Shown: positions 15,502 through 26,567, counted from the stretch's first letter. The stretch: DNA of 64,000 bases from Candidatus Omnitrophota bacterium (GCA_003154195.1 PMCS01000031.1:18054-82053); one strand, 5' to 3'. Notes: generated from the letters alone by a model not told the origin. Translations and numbers: made by a program.

Positions 15502-17181
15502 TTATTTTTTCTCTGCCCGCTCTATCTTCGCCCACGTATCTCTTAAAGTAACCGTGCGGTTAAACACGGGCTTACCCGGCAAAGAATCTTTAGGGTCGGC
15601 AAAAAAATAGCCCAGGCGTTCGAATTGAAACCGGCTGCCCGGCGCGGCGGTTTTAAGGCCCGGCTCCAAACACGCCTTTTCGATAACTTCCCGGGATTGA
15701 GGATTAAGATTAACTTTATAGTCGACACCTTCGGCCACATCATCGGGGTTGCGTATGTTAAACAGGTTATCATATAAGCGGACCGGTGCGTTAATCGCAT
15801 GCGCCGCCGAAACCCAGTGGATGGTCCCCTTGACTTTTCTTCTGTCGGGCGCGTCGCCGCCGCGGGTCGCCGGGTCATAGGTACAACGTACTTCCACGAT
15901 ATCGCCTTTTTCATTTTTTATAACCTCGCGGCAGGTAATAAAGTACGCATAACGCAGGCGGACTTCCTGCCCCGGAGCGAGCCGGAAAAATTTCGCCGGC
16001 GGGTGTTCGCGAAAATCATCCTGTTCGATATAGAGCATCCGGGAAAACGGCACCTTGCGGGTTCCCGCGGACGCGTCTTCCGGGTTGTTCACCGCGTCTA
16101 ATTCCTCAATCTGGTTTTCGGGATAATTGGTAATCAATATTTTCAACGGCTTCAATACAGCCATTGCCCGCGGCGCGGTTTTGTTTAATTCTTCACGCAG
16201 GGAATTTTCCAGCACCACCAAATCGATAATACTGTTGAATTTGGCGACGCCGATGGTTTCGCAAAAACCGCGGATCGCCGAAGCAGTGTACCCCCGGCGG
16301 CGCAATCCCGAAAGAGTAGGCATCCGGGGGTCATCCCAGCCGTCCACGTAACGGCCATTGACCAGCTCCAGTAATTTGCGCTTGCTTAATACCGTATGGC
16401 TTAAATTAAGCCGGGCGAATTCAATCTGCCGCGGATGATAGACGCCCAATTCCTGCAAAAACCAATCATAGAGCGGCCGGTGGTTTTCAAATTCCAGAGT
16501 GCAGATCGAATGGGTAATGCCTTCCAAGGAATCTTCAATGCCGTGCGCCCAGTCGTACATCGGATAGATACACCATTTATCGCCGGTGCGATGGTGCGTG
16601 GCGCGCAAAATCCGGTAAAGCACCGGGTCGCGCATGTTCAAATTCGGGTGATTCATATCTATTTTAGCCCGCAGGACCTTTGAACCGTCGGGGAATTCGC
16701 CGACGCGCATGCGCCGGAATAAATCAAGGTTTTCTTCAAGCGAACGACTGCGATAAGGGCTTTCTTTACCGGGTTGGGTCAACGTACCGCGATATTGACG
16801 GATTTGTTCCGAAGTCAAATCGCATACGTATGCCTTGCCTTTTTTAATCAGCTGTTCGGCGTACTCATACATCGGCGCGAAATAATCCGAAGCGTAAAAA
16901 AGCCTCTCCTGCCAATCGGCGCCCAGCCATCTTACGTCTTCGATGATCGAATCAACATATTCCTGCTCTTCTTTGCTGGGATTGGTATCGTCAAAACGCA
17001 GGTTGAACTTCCCCTGATAGTCGCGGGCAATGCCGTAATTGAGGCAGATCGATTTGGCGTGGCCGATATGCAGATAGCCGTTAGGCTCGGGCGGAAAACG
17101 CGTATGCACCCGTCCGGAAAACTTAGCCGTTTTCAGATCTTCCTCAACAATCTCGCGTACAAAATTAATGGGGACAGACAC
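15502..17181 (-). CDS. glnS: Glutaminyl-tRNA synthetase
   Basis: [24 protein letters not shown] (HIGH motif), VLSKRKL (KMSKS-like motif) and ~560 aa with a GlnRS-type anticodon-binding C-terminus. Confidence 0.85.
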   Translation of the reverse strand: MSVPINFVREIVEEDLKTAKFSGRVHTRFPPEPNGYLHIGHAKSICLNYGIARDYQGKFNLRFDDTNPSKEEQEYVDSIIEDVRWLGADWQERLFYASDYFAPMYEYAEQLIKKGKAYVCDLTSEQIRQYRGTLTQPGKESPYRSRSLEENLDLFRRMRVGEFPDGSKVLRAKIDMNHPNLNMRDPVLYRILRATHHRTGDKWCIYPMYDWAHGIEDSLEGITHSICTLEFENHRPLYDWFLQELGVYHPRQIEFARLNLSHTVLSKRKLLELVNGRYVDGWDDPRMPTLSGLRRRGYTASAIRGFCETIGVAKFNSIIDLVVLENSLREELNKTAPRAMAVLKPLKILITNYPENQIEELDAVNNPEDASAGTRKVPFSRMLYIEQDDFREHPPAKFFRLAPGQEVRLRYAYFITCREVIKNEKGDIVEVRCTYDPATRGGDAPDRRKVKGTIHWVSAAHAINAPVRLYDNLFNIRNPDDVAEGVDYKVNLNPQSREVIEKACLEPGLKTAAPGSRFQFERLGYFFADPKDSLPGKPVFNRTVTLRDTWAKIERAEKK

Positions 17182-17239
17182 CTTTTTTACCCTCCACCCG
17201 GCTTTTTTCGGTTAAAGGCAACGCCGAGTCGCTTCGCTA

Positions 17240-18553
17240 TTATCCAGACGTTTCAATGATGCCCGGCATCTTCCAGAGCATATACAGAGGTATATTTCTT
17301 ACTTCACCTCCGCCGGCGGCATTCATCGAAACCTTGACCGACACCCTGGGCGTATATTTTTTTCGATATTCCGTCAGACTTCTTGATTTATCATTTCGCC
17401 CGGATTTTACCTCAATGGGCACTATATCCATGCCGAATTGCGCCACAAAATCGACTTCTGCCGTATTACCCGATTTCCAATAATATGGCGCATCGCCCTG
17501 AAGATTCACTATCTCGCAAAGCGCGTAATTCTCCGTCAAAGCGCCCTTAAACTCTTTAAACATATCGGTTCTTGTAAGAAGGGCTTCCGGCGGCAATTTT
17601 GACATTTTACGAAGTAAACCAATGTCAACCATGTATAACTTAAAGTAATTTTGGTCGGCATAGGACGCAAGAGGCATAAACGGTTTCCCAATTTTTGAAA
17701 CCTTAAAGACCAGGCCCGCGCTTATAAGCCACTGTAATGCGTCTTCCAAATCTTTCGCGCGCAGCCCCGGCTTGACCTTGCTGAATATAAATTTACCGTG
17801 TTCCTTGGCGAGTTGCGCCGGGATAGAATTCCAGATAAGCGATAATCTTGGAAAATCCTTAGGCGGCGCGTGTTTCGCGAAATCAAGCTCATAGCTGTCG
17901 AGAATTTTTTGCTGTACGGATTCGACCGCTGATAAATCATTTGTTTCCAGCCATACGGCAACCGCTTCCGGCATACCGCCGGTGATATAATACCGGCGAA
18001 GATAATTTTCCAACTTTTCCGCGAATAATTCGGAAATCTTTTCTGCCGGCGCTAATTTTTGCAAATGCTCGCACAACATAGCTTCGCCATGGGCAAGCAA
18101 AAATTCATAATAACTCATCGGCCGTAAGGTCAAAAAATCAACCTTACCGACGGGAAAGGAGAGGGGTTTTGATAAAGCAATGCCGAGCAGGGACCCCGCG
18201 GAAACGATATGGTAGGAAGAAGCATTCTCATAAAAGTATTTAAGCGCAGTCAGTGCTTCATTACAAAACTGTATCTCATCAAAAATAATAAGCGTCTCAT
18301 CCGGCCTTATTGGTTTTTTATGCAATACCGAAAGCTCGGTTATGATTCTTTCCACGTCAAGATCAGCCTTGAACCGCTCGCATAAAGGCGCGTTCCCTTC
18401 AAAATTAAAATATGCAACATCGCGGTAGTACTTGGCGCCAAATTCTTTAAGCAAATAGGTCTTACCGCATTGGCGCACACCTTTAATAATAAGAGGCCGG
18501 CGATCTTTTTTGTTTTTCCATTTTATAAGCTCATTTAAGAGTAATCTCTGCAT
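17240..18553 (-). CDS. AAA+ ATPase with DUF4143-like C-terminal domain
   Basis: N-terminus RRPLIIKGVRQCGKTYLLKEFG (Walker A) and ~430 aa, the typical architecture of this widespread ATPase family. Confidence 0.7.
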   Translation of the reverse strand: MQRLLLNELIKWKNKKDRRPLIIKGVRQCGKTYLLKEFGAKYYRDVAYFNFEGNAPLCERFKADLDVERIITELSVLHKKPIRPDETLIIFDEIQFCNEALTALKYFYENASSYHIVSAGSLLGIALSKPLSFPVGKVDFLTLRPMSYYEFLLAHGEAMLCEHLQKLAPAEKISELFAEKLENYLRRYYITGGMPEAVAVWLETNDLSAVESVQQKILDSYELDFAKHAPPKDFPRLSLIWNSIPAQLAKEHGKFIFSKVKPGLRAKDLEDALQWLISAGLVFKVSKIGKPFMPLASYADQNYFKLYMVDIGLLRKMSKLPPEALLTRTDMFKEFKGALTENYALCEIVNLQGDAPYYWKSGNTAEVDFVAQFGMDIVPIEVKSGRNDKSRSLTEYRKKYTPRVSVKVSMNAAGGGEVRNIPLYMLWKMPGIIETSG

Positions 18554-19102
18554 TTTAGCTTATCTTTTGCATTTTATATACCACTTTTGTTGTTATATTT
18601 GCATTTATTATATTTATGATACATAATTTATCCCGATATGTCAACGATTAATTTAGAATGAGGAGAGGGGATAGGGACGGCTTTTCTTTACTAAGTCAAA
18701 AAATGGCGATCCGGATGGAATTTGCTTATTAAGCAAAGTGGTCTTTACCGGTCTGACACGCTCCCGCAACACCGCTACGCAAGGAAAATGCCGCAACAAA
18801 TAGCGAATCGCCTCAGAACAGGTTCTTTTTATATCATGCATATTTAAAGTCTAACTTTGAAATTGCATGGTATCAACTTTTATTTCTATACCGCACCGCT
18901 CAGAAAAAAATATCCCGGCGATAGTTGCCGCGTTGAGTTATATGATGAGGTAAACCCCGTTAGATCCCGTTAGAAAATTATTTTCTAACGGGGTAAATCA
19001 GGCATGACAATGCGCGCTTGCCGAGGCATAAAAATATTTTACAATCTGAAGGCAAAACCGTCAACAAAAAAAGGTGTCCCCTTTATCTCTTTTACTTTTA
19101 AT

Positions 19103-21841
19103 TTATTGTTCCTGCCAGGTGGGAACGGAACTAGTGGTAAGGTTGAAATAGGAACCGCCGCGGTCAATACTGGTAGAGTTATCATCAAGATAAACGTAGC
19201 CGCTCATTTTGATGTTGTTGCCTAAAATCGCTACGCCGGTCTGGCTGCTGCCGCTGGGCGGGCAATCATTGTCAGTAGCGCAAAGGCTGTTAAAGGTAAC
19301 ATTGCCGGCTTGGGTATAAAGCAAGCCGGCCAGGGTTCTACGCCGGGCAGTTAAAAAAGGCGTGGTGTCGTTGGCCGGAGCGGTAGAGTAGATACTGCCA
19401 AACTGGCTGGCTAAAAGAGCTCGGGCGCTGCTACCAGTATCGGCACGTAATTCTATACGGTTATCGCCGACCAGGCCGATATCGCGCTCAGTGGCAAAAC
19501 TTTTTGTTTTTAAGGAGACGGTGCCGCCGGAAGAATCAAATACCAGCCCTGCCGCCACATACCAGTTCTCGGCATTGTTGGAACCGCCGGAAACGTAATG
19601 AGCAAGCTGGACTTCGTCGGTATCCAACCAGTCCACGCTGCGGTCGAGAATTGCGGCATATTTGTTATCCGGATTCAAAGTCTGTCCTAACATGCGCTCG
19701 TAAAAAACAATATCGTTATAATCCAGTTGTCCGGAGGAGATACTGGAGATCACCGCCCATTCACCGTTGCTCCAATTACCGTTAAGCGAATAATTCTTCA
19801 GCGCTTCGCCATCCATCGCCGTGGGACTTCTAAAAAAATTGCTGTCCGCGGTCATGCTGATCGGACCGCTGGTAGCTAAGTTAAGCTGGAACATCACATC
19901 CGGCTCGGATGGCGGCTGCCACGCCCCTCCGCTTACGCGATAGGTGTGCGAACCATATTTATATCCGGCGGCGGCTAAATTATAATACTTGTTGGTAGCC
20001 TGGGGAACGGCATCCCAGACCAGCCAGTATTTTGTATCATAATTTAAAACAACGCTGGAGTTGAAATTAGCGCTGACGGACGTAGCAGCATTGGGTGACT
20101 TATACTGTGCCGTGCCTAAAATTGTGCCGGAAGGGCCGCTGTAATAATTAGTTTTCGTATGTAAAGCATCGCTTTGCAGCCATACTCCGCTGACGCTAGA
20201 AACAGGAAGATGACTCGGGTTTACGCTGACATGCGTCACATCCGTTGATGTCCGCAATTCATCCGACCACGAACTACCCCCGCTGGAATAGTTAATGCGT
20301 ACCGGGGTATTTGCCCCGGGCAACCCGGTCGGTAAAGTCAGGATACCGGTAGACGCGACAAACGAACCACCGTCTCTTTGAATAGTTACCGTAATCCAAT
20401 CATTAGTGGGGTTGTTGGTGTCCAAACGGTGATATGTGGTTATGCCGGTAACAGTAGTAGACGGCCACCATGGCCGGATCATAAACGCCTCGGCACAATC
20501 GTATTCGTTGTTAGCAATATCGCCCAAAGGCATAGGAAGAGAACGGTTATAAATACGGCTCTGGTTAGCGCCGGCCTGCACGGTAGTGCCCTGGCGGATC
20601 TCAAAAAGCAATTCGGGTTCATCTTGCCGGTCATTAGTATCCCAAGCCTGACTCGGCGGCCGGAATAACAGGCTTTGCGGGCCGTTATAATAACCGGCGC
20701 GGACAGTGTAGCGGGTTTCCGGCTGCTCGGTAGCCGTATCATTCAACACTAACCAGTAAGTCGCGCCTTTGTTAAGGGTTACGCTGGAAGTTAAATTAAC
20801 CGTGTTCCAGCTGGAAGGCGCCGGCGTATAGGTCTTAGTCGCCGAAGCCGATACCGGCGCGTTAGGTGTATTACTGCCGGCGTTATTATTATAAATACTT
20901 AAGGTAACATTGCCCTGGGGAATGAAATAGTTCGGGCCGTGCATGACCCTGACATTATCAACAACGTAAGTGCCACTGCCGGCGACGTTAAACGACTGGC
21001 CAAGATCGTTATTGACCAACCACATATTGCCCAGGTTAAAGGTGGCAAAACATACCCGCAAGTTACGGTCCATTGCCTGCGCTTTCTGGAGGACAGTCGG
21101 ATGCGGCGCGCCGGGATCAGGCCAATAACAAGAATCACTAGCATTGTTACATAGCCAGTCTAAATTTATCGCGGGGTAATTGGGATTGCCGGTGCGCGTA
21201 GGCGCGGGACTGAAAGAACTGCCGCAAGGCGGCAGAGGATTGGTATCATTACGATAATCAACGCCGGCTTCGTTACGTAACACGTCGCCGTCGCGCTCAA
21301 AACCGTAAGTACCGTTAGAGGTAATATTGCCTACGGAAATATTGCCGTCAAAGCGTGAATTATACATCCCTCCGGGGGTGTTTACTCCCGACCAATCAAA
21401 ATCTTTATAAGCATAGAGCAAGGAATTCAAGACAAAAGTTGAATTGCTGCTGCCCACAGTTTGTTGGATTTTGCGTTGGCCAAGACAATTGGCACCGCCG
21501 CACGCGCTCTGCGACGGCACGTAACCGGTAGAAACAATCGTAGACCCGCTGCAAATAACGTTATATTCTCCGGCGGGGAAAGTATGGTTAACCGTCAAAC
21601 TGCCGCCGCCGGCGCAGGTAGCGTTCTTTTGCGCCCAGCGGGCACCGGCTTCGGCTACGTAGAGTGCCTTTTCCGAATCGGACATGCGGGAACCCATCTC
21701 TAAATTCGTGGAAACGAGGCCGGCCAGTGTCCAGGCTAATACGCCCAGCACCAGCATAATCATTATCACAATAATCAGGCTGATCCCCGGCCTTTTAAAA
21801 ATAATCTGTGAATTTTTTTTAGCTGTGGCTTTGTTTTTCAT
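19103..21841 (-). CDS. Large (912 aa) PilX-N-like minor pilin / pilus-associated adhesin
   Basis: Its N-terminus KRPGISLIIVIMIMLVLGVLAWTLAGLV resembles the PilX N-terminal domain. The long Ser/Thr/Asn/Gly-rich extracellular region is predicted beta-rich. It is the first gene of the minor-pilin operon. Confidence 0.55.
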   Translation of the reverse strand: MKNKATAKKNSQIIFKRPGISLIIVIMIMLVLGVLAWTLAGLVSTNLEMGSRMSDSEKALYVAEAGARWAQKNATCAGGGSLTVNHTFPAGEYNVICSGSTIVSTGYVPSQSACGGANCLGQRKIQQTVGSSNSTFVLNSLLYAYKDFDWSGVNTPGGMYNSRFDGNISVGNITSNGTYGFERDGDVLRNEAGVDYRNDTNPLPPCGSSFSPAPTRTGNPNYPAINLDWLCNNASDSCYWPDPGAPHPTVLQKAQAMDRNLRVCFATFNLGNMWLVNNDLGQSFNVAGSGTYVVDNVRVMHGPNYFIPQGNVTLSIYNNNAGSNTPNAPVSASATKTYTPAPSSWNTVNLTSSVTLNKGATYWLVLNDTATEQPETRYTVRAGYYNGPQSLLFRPPSQAWDTNDRQDEPELLFEIRQGTTVQAGANQSRIYNRSLPMPLGDIANNEYDCAEAFMIRPWWPSTTVTGITTYHRLDTNNPTNDWITVTIQRDGGSFVASTGILTLPTGLPGANTPVRINYSSGGSSWSDELRTSTDVTHVSVNPSHLPVSSVSGVWLQSDALHTKTNYYSGPSGTILGTAQYKSPNAATSVSANFNSSVVLNYDTKYWLVWDAVPQATNKYYNLAAAGYKYGSHTYRVSGGAWQPPSEPDVMFQLNLATSGPISMTADSNFFRSPTAMDGEALKNYSLNGNWSNGEWAVISSISSGQLDYNDIVFYERMLGQTLNPDNKYAAILDRSVDWLDTDEVQLAHYVSGGSNNAENWYVAAGLVFDSSGGTVSLKTKSFATERDIGLVGDNRIELRADTGSSARALLASQFGSIYSTAPANDTTPFLTARRRTLAGLLYTQAGNVTFNSLCATDNDCPPSGSSQTGVAILGNNIKMSGYVYLDDNSTSIDRGGSYFNLTTSSVPTWQEQ

Positions 21842-21858
21842 AAGGAATTTTTTTATTT

Positions 21859-22422
21859 TCAGCTTCTCGGAGTAACCAGATAATTGACGCTGAACGTTTC
21901 TTTGGTAACCGGATTGCCGACTGTAACATTCATACCGATCATAGAAATATTGCTGATATTACCCGCAATACCAGCGGTAATATCATAACCGGTATTATTA
22001 TAATACCGGAAAGAAAAATTAGCCAGTTCCGCGAGAAGAATATTTGACGACTCAAATGTTCCGTCGCTGGCGCTGTCGATTTCATAATAAAGGCGCTTAT
22101 TGGCCGGAATAGACAGGCCATCGTAGCGATACCTATTGGTAGCGCTTCCCACAGTATACGCAATCATGGTAGCGTTTGTGGTACTCTGGATTGCCGACGC
22201 CGACAAAGAAATACCGCGCAGATCGCGCGCCATCCGCAGCACTGCCATACGGGCGTCATTGACGATGTCGCTTCTAAAAGTAGTAAAATTCCACACGTCC
22301 ATCGCCTGTTTTATAAAAGAGCCGAGCCCCACGCATAAGACTCCCACAATCACAATTACCGTCACCAGTTCGATTAAAGTAACGGATTTTTTAGAATATT
22401 TGAGAAATGTTAAAATTTTCAT
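21859..22422 (-). CDS. Type IV minor pilin (PilW-like), prepilin N-terminus
   Basis: KKSVTLIELVTVIVIVGVLCVGL is a prepilin-type N-terminal helix with Glu at +5. Confidence 0.65.
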   Translation of the reverse strand: MKILTFLKYSKKSVTLIELVTVIVIVGVLCVGLGSFIKQAMDVWNFTTFRSDIVNDARMAVLRMARDLRGISLSASAIQSTTNATMIAYTVGSATNRYRYDGLSIPANKRLYYEIDSASDGTFESSNILLAELANFSFRYYNNTGYDITAGIAGNISNISMIGMNVTVGNPVTKETFSVNYLVTPRS

Positions 22423-22433
22423 TGAAGTATAGT

Positions 22434-22901
22434 TTAAAATATCGTAAACAACACCGCCTTACTGCCGGATTTAGATACCGTGACATTTACCATTTTGTAA
22501 AGATCGGCGGCATTATCAGTAGTATTCCATTGGTTCACGGAAACATTGCAATAACGCACAACCACGCTCTTGGTAAAACCATCGCTGGCGTTGGCCGTTT
22601 TCTGGCGATACTCAGTTACATTAGTAGTCACGTTGCTGTAGTTGTCCCATCCGGGCAAAAACTGGGAAAACCGTGAATAATTACTTATGTTAGAATACCC
22701 CTGGGTGATTACGCTTTCCATCACTTGTTCGGCGGAAAAAGCCGCGCTTACTTCATTTTCGCTGAATCTCACCCGGCGCGTGGTTTCGCTTAAAAAACTC
22801 ATCAGGGTGGAAACGGCTATCCCCATCACGATGATTATCGCAACGAGTTCCATCAGGGTAACGGACTTGTGCAAAGATTTTAGAAATTTTAGTTTTTTCA
22901 T
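22434..22901 (-). CDS. Type IV minor pilin (PilV-like)
   Basis: ORF 22434..22985 trimmed to MKKLKFLKSLHKSVTLMELVAIIIVMGIAV.... It has the prepilin N-terminal helix. Confidence 0.6.
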   Translation of the reverse strand: MKKLKFLKSLHKSVTLMELVAIIIVMGIAVSTLMSFLSETTRRVRFSENEVSAAFSAEQVMESVITQGYSNISNYSRFSQFLPGWDNYSNVTTNVTEYRQKTANASDGFTKSVVVRYCNVSVNQWNTTDNAADLYKMVNVTVSKSGSKAVLFTIF

Positions 22902-23095
22902 TGACCACGCATATTTTGTTATACTGTAGGGGCCGACCCCTGTGCTCGCCTTGCCGAGCCATCGACTTCGCCGATATGCGAGCAAGGCGAGGCAGGTCGG
23001 CCCGCTATAATTTATTTATTAGCAATCAGCAAACATCCTTTCTCGCCTTGAATTTAACATATTTCCCAAAGATAAAAAAAAGTAATTATCTATCT

Positions 23096-23140
23096 GCGAT
23101 CATCAGCTTCTTCTCATCGGTGATCATCTGCATTTTACCG
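23096..23140. repeat. Short repeat family D (TCTTCTCATC-GTGATCATCTG)
   Basis: gatcatcagcttcttctcatcggtgatcatctg; second copy at 52240-52290. Confidence 0.4.
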
Positions 23141-23659
23141 CGCGGTGATCCTGGCCGTCTGGGGGGTTACGCTTATGGTTATATCGTCAAAATCGTGATA
23201 CCGTAAGACAACATTCCCCGTTACAGTAATATTATTGCCGTTAGCGTCTTCCGGTATCCCCTGCCAGTCAAATCGTAAACTTGGGGTGCCGCCGAAACTA
23301 ACATTCGCTAAGATATCGATACCGGCATATTGCGCATCGGTGCGATAATCCGTAACCATCGAACTATGGGTAAAAGGGTCACGCAAAGACGTACTGTTAG
23401 CCGTATATATAACACTATAGCTGTCGGAGGCGGGAGTAAACGCAACGGTTATGTTGACATGCTTGGAGATGGCTATATTCTGGGCGTATCGGATATCGGA
23501 AACTAATTTTTTCGCCGCGGCGTGAAATTTTATATTATAAAAAACTTCCACGCGCGGGATAGCCACTACCGCTAAGATTCCAATGATCACCATTACCATT
23601 ACCAATTCGACCAGAGAAAGGGCGAGTTTTTTTGAGCGAATGGCATGGGAGTTAATCAT
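23135..23659 (-). CDS. FimT/GspH-like minor pilin
   Basis: KKLALSLVELVMVMVIIGILAVVAIP followed by KKLVSDIRYAQNIAISKHVNITVAF (GspH/FimT motif). The 3' end of the ORF overlaps intergenic repeat D, so the true stop may be earlier. Confidence 0.65.
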   Translation of the reverse strand: MINSHAIRSKKLALSLVELVMVMVIIGILAVVAIPRVEVFYNIKFHAAAKKLVSDIRYAQNIAISKHVNITVAFTPASDSYSVIYTANSTSLRDPFTHSSMVTDYRTDAQYAGIDILANVSFGGTPSLRFDWQGIPEDANGNNITVTGNVVLRYHDFDDITISVTPQTARITAR

Positions 23660-23728
23660 CTTTGTGGGGTAGTTTACACTGCAAAATAAAAACGTAAATT
23701 TAATTATTTTTTGCCGCGCAAAAAATAA

Positions 23729-25669
23729 TTACCGGGGATAACCGTTGTCGGAAGACAGCCTCCCGATACGCTCGATCGCCCTCTCGATGAGGTCTCTTAA
23801 CCGCCGCGCTTCTGCGTCCTTACCTTCCGCGTCGGCTCTGATTTTTTTCTTTTCTTCATCAACCACGGGCGCGCTTTTTTGCGCCAGCTCATCGCGTAAT
23901 TGATAAAGCAGCACGTTTTTCTCTTCCAGTTCTTTAGTCAACGAATCAAACTTTTCTTTATAAGCGTCGACGGCGGAAGATGATTTACCTTTCGCGCCGG
24001 ATTTCGCCCGCTCTCTTAATTGCGTTTCCCGCTCCAGAGACGCGGCAAGTTTACCTTCAAGTTCTTTAATCCTGTTTTCCCAATCCGCCGCTTCACTGCC
24101 CCCCTTACCGGGCCCGGCGCTTTCACTCTTTTTGCGGCGAAGTTTATCGATGTCTTCTTTCAACTGCGCTTCCCGGTCCAGAGACACCGCGAGCTTGCGT
24201 TCGGCCTCCCGCAAGTCGCCTTCCTTTTCTTTAAGCTGGGTTTTCAGGCGCGATAAATCCTGCCCATCTCCGGAACCTTCACCCTTCTTTTTCTTGAGCC
24301 GGTCGATTTCATCTTTTAAAGCTGCCTCTTTATCTTTTTGCGCGTTAAGCCGGCGCTGGGTTTCCGCGTGAGCGTCTTCCTTTTCCTGGAGCTGTTCTTT
24401 GAGGCGCGCGATTTCCTGGGCGGCCCGGGAATCGTTGCTCTTCTTTTTATCAATTTTCTCCGCTTCATCTTTCAGCGCGAGCTCTCTCTCTTTAACTTCG
24501 TTAAGCCGGCGCTGGGTTTCCGCGTGAGCGTCTTCCTTTTCCTGGAGCTGTTCTTTGAGGCGCGCGATTTCTTCGGCGGCGGCTTTTCCTTTAGCCAGGT
24601 CTGCTTCGCCGGCTTTATTTTCTTTTGATTTACCCACCTCATCTTTTAGCCGCGCTTCCCGGTCCAGGGACGCTGCGAGTTTATCTTCGTTATCCTTAAG
24701 GGAGCTTTCTTTTTCTTCCAGCCGGGCTTTCAGGCGCGATAATTCTTCGGCTCCTTCGGAACCGGCGCTGGCTTTTTCGCTAAGCTTATTCATCTCTTCT
24801 TTAAGCTGCGCCTGATCATCAACTGCCTCAGCAAGCTTGCGTTTCGTCTCCTTAAGCTCGTTTTCTTTTTCTTCCAGCCGAGATTGCATCCCGGAAATTT
24901 CTTCGGATTTTGCCTCCAGCTCTTGAGTCAATTGTCTTAATTTCTTATCATTGACGACATTGGCTTTAAGGGCTTTTATTTCTTTCTGGCAGGAAGCAAG
25001 ACTGTCGTTAAGCTCCTGGACTTTTTCTTTATCCTCCCGGCTCGTCCCGGCCTGCTTCTTCAGGCTTTTCAAGTCGTCCTGAAGGCGCATCTGGCTGTCG
25101 AGAGATTTGGACAATTGCTCTTGAACGTCGGCCAATTCCGTTTCTTTTTCTTTTAATCTCTCCGCTAAGGCTTTCTCCTTTTCCCGGGATGACGGTTCGC
25201 CTCCGGAAGGCTGCTTTTGTAAATCCTGCGACAATTTCGCCTCCAGCAGCTGACGGTTCTGTTCCTTAATTGTATTAAGGCGGGATTTCAATTCTTTAAT
25301 TTCGCTGTTTTTGTCTTCCAGCTGTTCGTTTAATTCATTGAGCCTTTTTTCAGAAACAGGCTTACCGGTTTTGCCCGCGGGGTATTTTCGCTCCTCTCCT
25401 TCTTTTCTGGCCGCTTCCCAGCGTTTTTTTAAACGCTCGATTTCCCGGTCTTTCCCTTCCAGGGCGGCGGAGATATCCGCTTTTTCCTGCTGTAATTGGA
25501 CAAATTCTTTACGCAGCCGGTCGATTTTGGTATTTTCTTTGTTAATCGAACTCTCTAAAGATTTTATCTTCGACATGAGCTCTTCTTCAATATTGTAGGC
25601 GAAAGACGGCAGGGCAAACAGAAGCAGGCATACAAAAACGGCGCATAGTATTTTACCTATTTTACTCAT
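23729..25669 (-). CDS. Membrane-anchored long coiled-coil protein (646 aa) with internal repeats
   Basis: N-terminal signal/anchor, then E/K/L/R-rich heptad-like sequence. A 52-aa unit (AAQEIARLKEQLQEKEDAHAETQRRLN...) is duplicated. The nucleotide direct repeat is ~156 nt (about 24340 and 24497). Confidence 0.5.
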   Translation of the reverse strand: MSKIGKILCAVFVCLLLFALPSFAYNIEEELMSKIKSLESSINKENTKIDRLRKEFVQLQQEKADISAALEGKDREIERLKKRWEAARKEGEERKYPAGKTGKPVSEKRLNELNEQLEDKNSEIKELKSRLNTIKEQNRQLLEAKLSQDLQKQPSGGEPSSREKEKALAERLKEKETELADVQEQLSKSLDSQMRLQDDLKSLKKQAGTSREDKEKVQELNDSLASCQKEIKALKANVVNDKKLRQLTQELEAKSEEISGMQSRLEEKENELKETKRKLAEAVDDQAQLKEEMNKLSEKASAGSEGAEELSRLKARLEEKESSLKDNEDKLAASLDREARLKDEVGKSKENKAGEADLAKGKAAAEEIARLKEQLQEKEDAHAETQRRLNEVKERELALKDEAEKIDKKKSNDSRAAQEIARLKEQLQEKEDAHAETQRRLNAQKDKEAALKDEIDRLKKKKGEGSGDGQDLSRLKTQLKEKEGDLREAERKLAVSLDREAQLKEDIDKLRRKKSESAGPGKGGSEAADWENRIKELEGKLAASLERETQLRERAKSGAKGKSSSAVDAYKEKFDSLTKELEEKNVLLYQLRDELAQKSAPVVDEEKKKIRADAEGKDAEARRLRDLIERAIERIGRLSSDNGYPR

Positions 25670-25742
25670 CTTAAGTGATTATACCTACAAGGGTATGATT
25701 TGTCAATCCTGAATGAAATTCCCCCATTGCCCCGGACTGTCT

Positions 25743-26210
25743 TCAGCGATTTTCCGGCGCCAACGGCGCCAGGTTGACAATTTTTTTGACTTCCATTTTT
25801 ATTAAGTACTGCGGCAGGGGAAAATTTGCTTCGGGGTGCGCATAAGATTTTATTTCATCTTTTATATGCTTGATCGATCTTTTGGAAATTCGCCGGATTA
25901 CCCTTTCTTCCCATTTTCGCATTATCGCGCTTTCGATTGCTTCTTTTTCCACAATAACCGCTTTCCCTTTAAGCGCGTAACCGATGAAAAAATGTTCGTC
26001 AACCGCCGTAAGCGTAATAACCGGATTATTTTTTAAGTTTTTGAGGGTCTGGGCCTTATAAAGATCAAGGAGCAAAACAATCCCCCTCTTTTCCACCCCC
26101 ACAATGCCTTTCGCCGAACAATGGATACCCCCGTCCTTGTCCAAAGTAGAGACAATGACAAAACCCTGTTTTTCTAAAAAATGAATTATATTGTCGTCCA
26201 ATTCTTTCAT
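25743..26210 (-). CDS. Putative FMN-binding split-barrel (PNPOx-like) protein
   Basis: Size and pattern are reminiscent of the pyridoxamine-phosphate-oxidase-like family. The assignment is weak. Confidence 0.3.
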   Translation of the reverse strand: MKELDDNIIHFLEKQGFVIVSTLDKDGGIHCSAKGIVGVEKRGIVLLLDLYKAQTLKNLKNNPVITLTAVDEHFFIGYALKGKAVIVEKEAIESAIMRKWEERVIRRISKRSIKHIKDEIKSYAHPEANFPLPQYLIKMEVKKIVNLAPLAPENR

Positions 26211-26308
26211 AAGGGAAAGTTCGAAAACCGTAGGTTTTCATTTATCTAATCCGGCGGAACCGGAACCCTAATTTATCTCTCGCTGGTTTCGGTTCTGCCG
26301 GATTAGGA

Positions 26309-26548
26309 TCAATGCGAGCACGAGGAACACGAACCGCCGGAGCAAGAACCGCACCGGCCGGCGGAAGAACTTCCGCCGGAGCTTGCGTTGGCCGACGCCC
26401 CGCCGGAAATCTGAAACGGCGCGAACCCCTTTTCCGCGTCAAAGCTGCGGCAATCGGGGCATTGGATCGGCGTTTTTTCCTGGGTCATACCGACCAGGAT
26501 ATCGAATTTCTTCGAACACTTCCTGCAAGTATAGGTATAGATAGGCAT
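26309..26548 (-). CDS. FmdB-family zinc-ribbon protein
   Basis: MPIYTYTCRKCSKKFD...CPDCRS followed by a Gly/Ser/Cys-rich tail, the classic FmdB pattern. Confidence 0.7.
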   Translation of the reverse strand: MPIYTYTCRKCSKKFDILVGMTQEKTPIQCPDCRSFDAEKGFAPFQISGGASANASSGGSSSAGRCGSCSGGSCSSCSH

Positions 26549-26567
26549 AATGACCTTTCTTCAGTCT

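Noticed and set aside
18945-18995. Hairpin CCCCGTTAGAAAATTATTTTCTAACGGGG downstream of the PilX-like gene as a terminator; it shares a 15-mer (TCTAACGGGGTAAAT) with coding sequence at ~32640
   Set aside because: No flanking U-run on either strand, so it is not a canonical intrinsic terminator. A single 15-mer match within 64 kb is within chance expectation.
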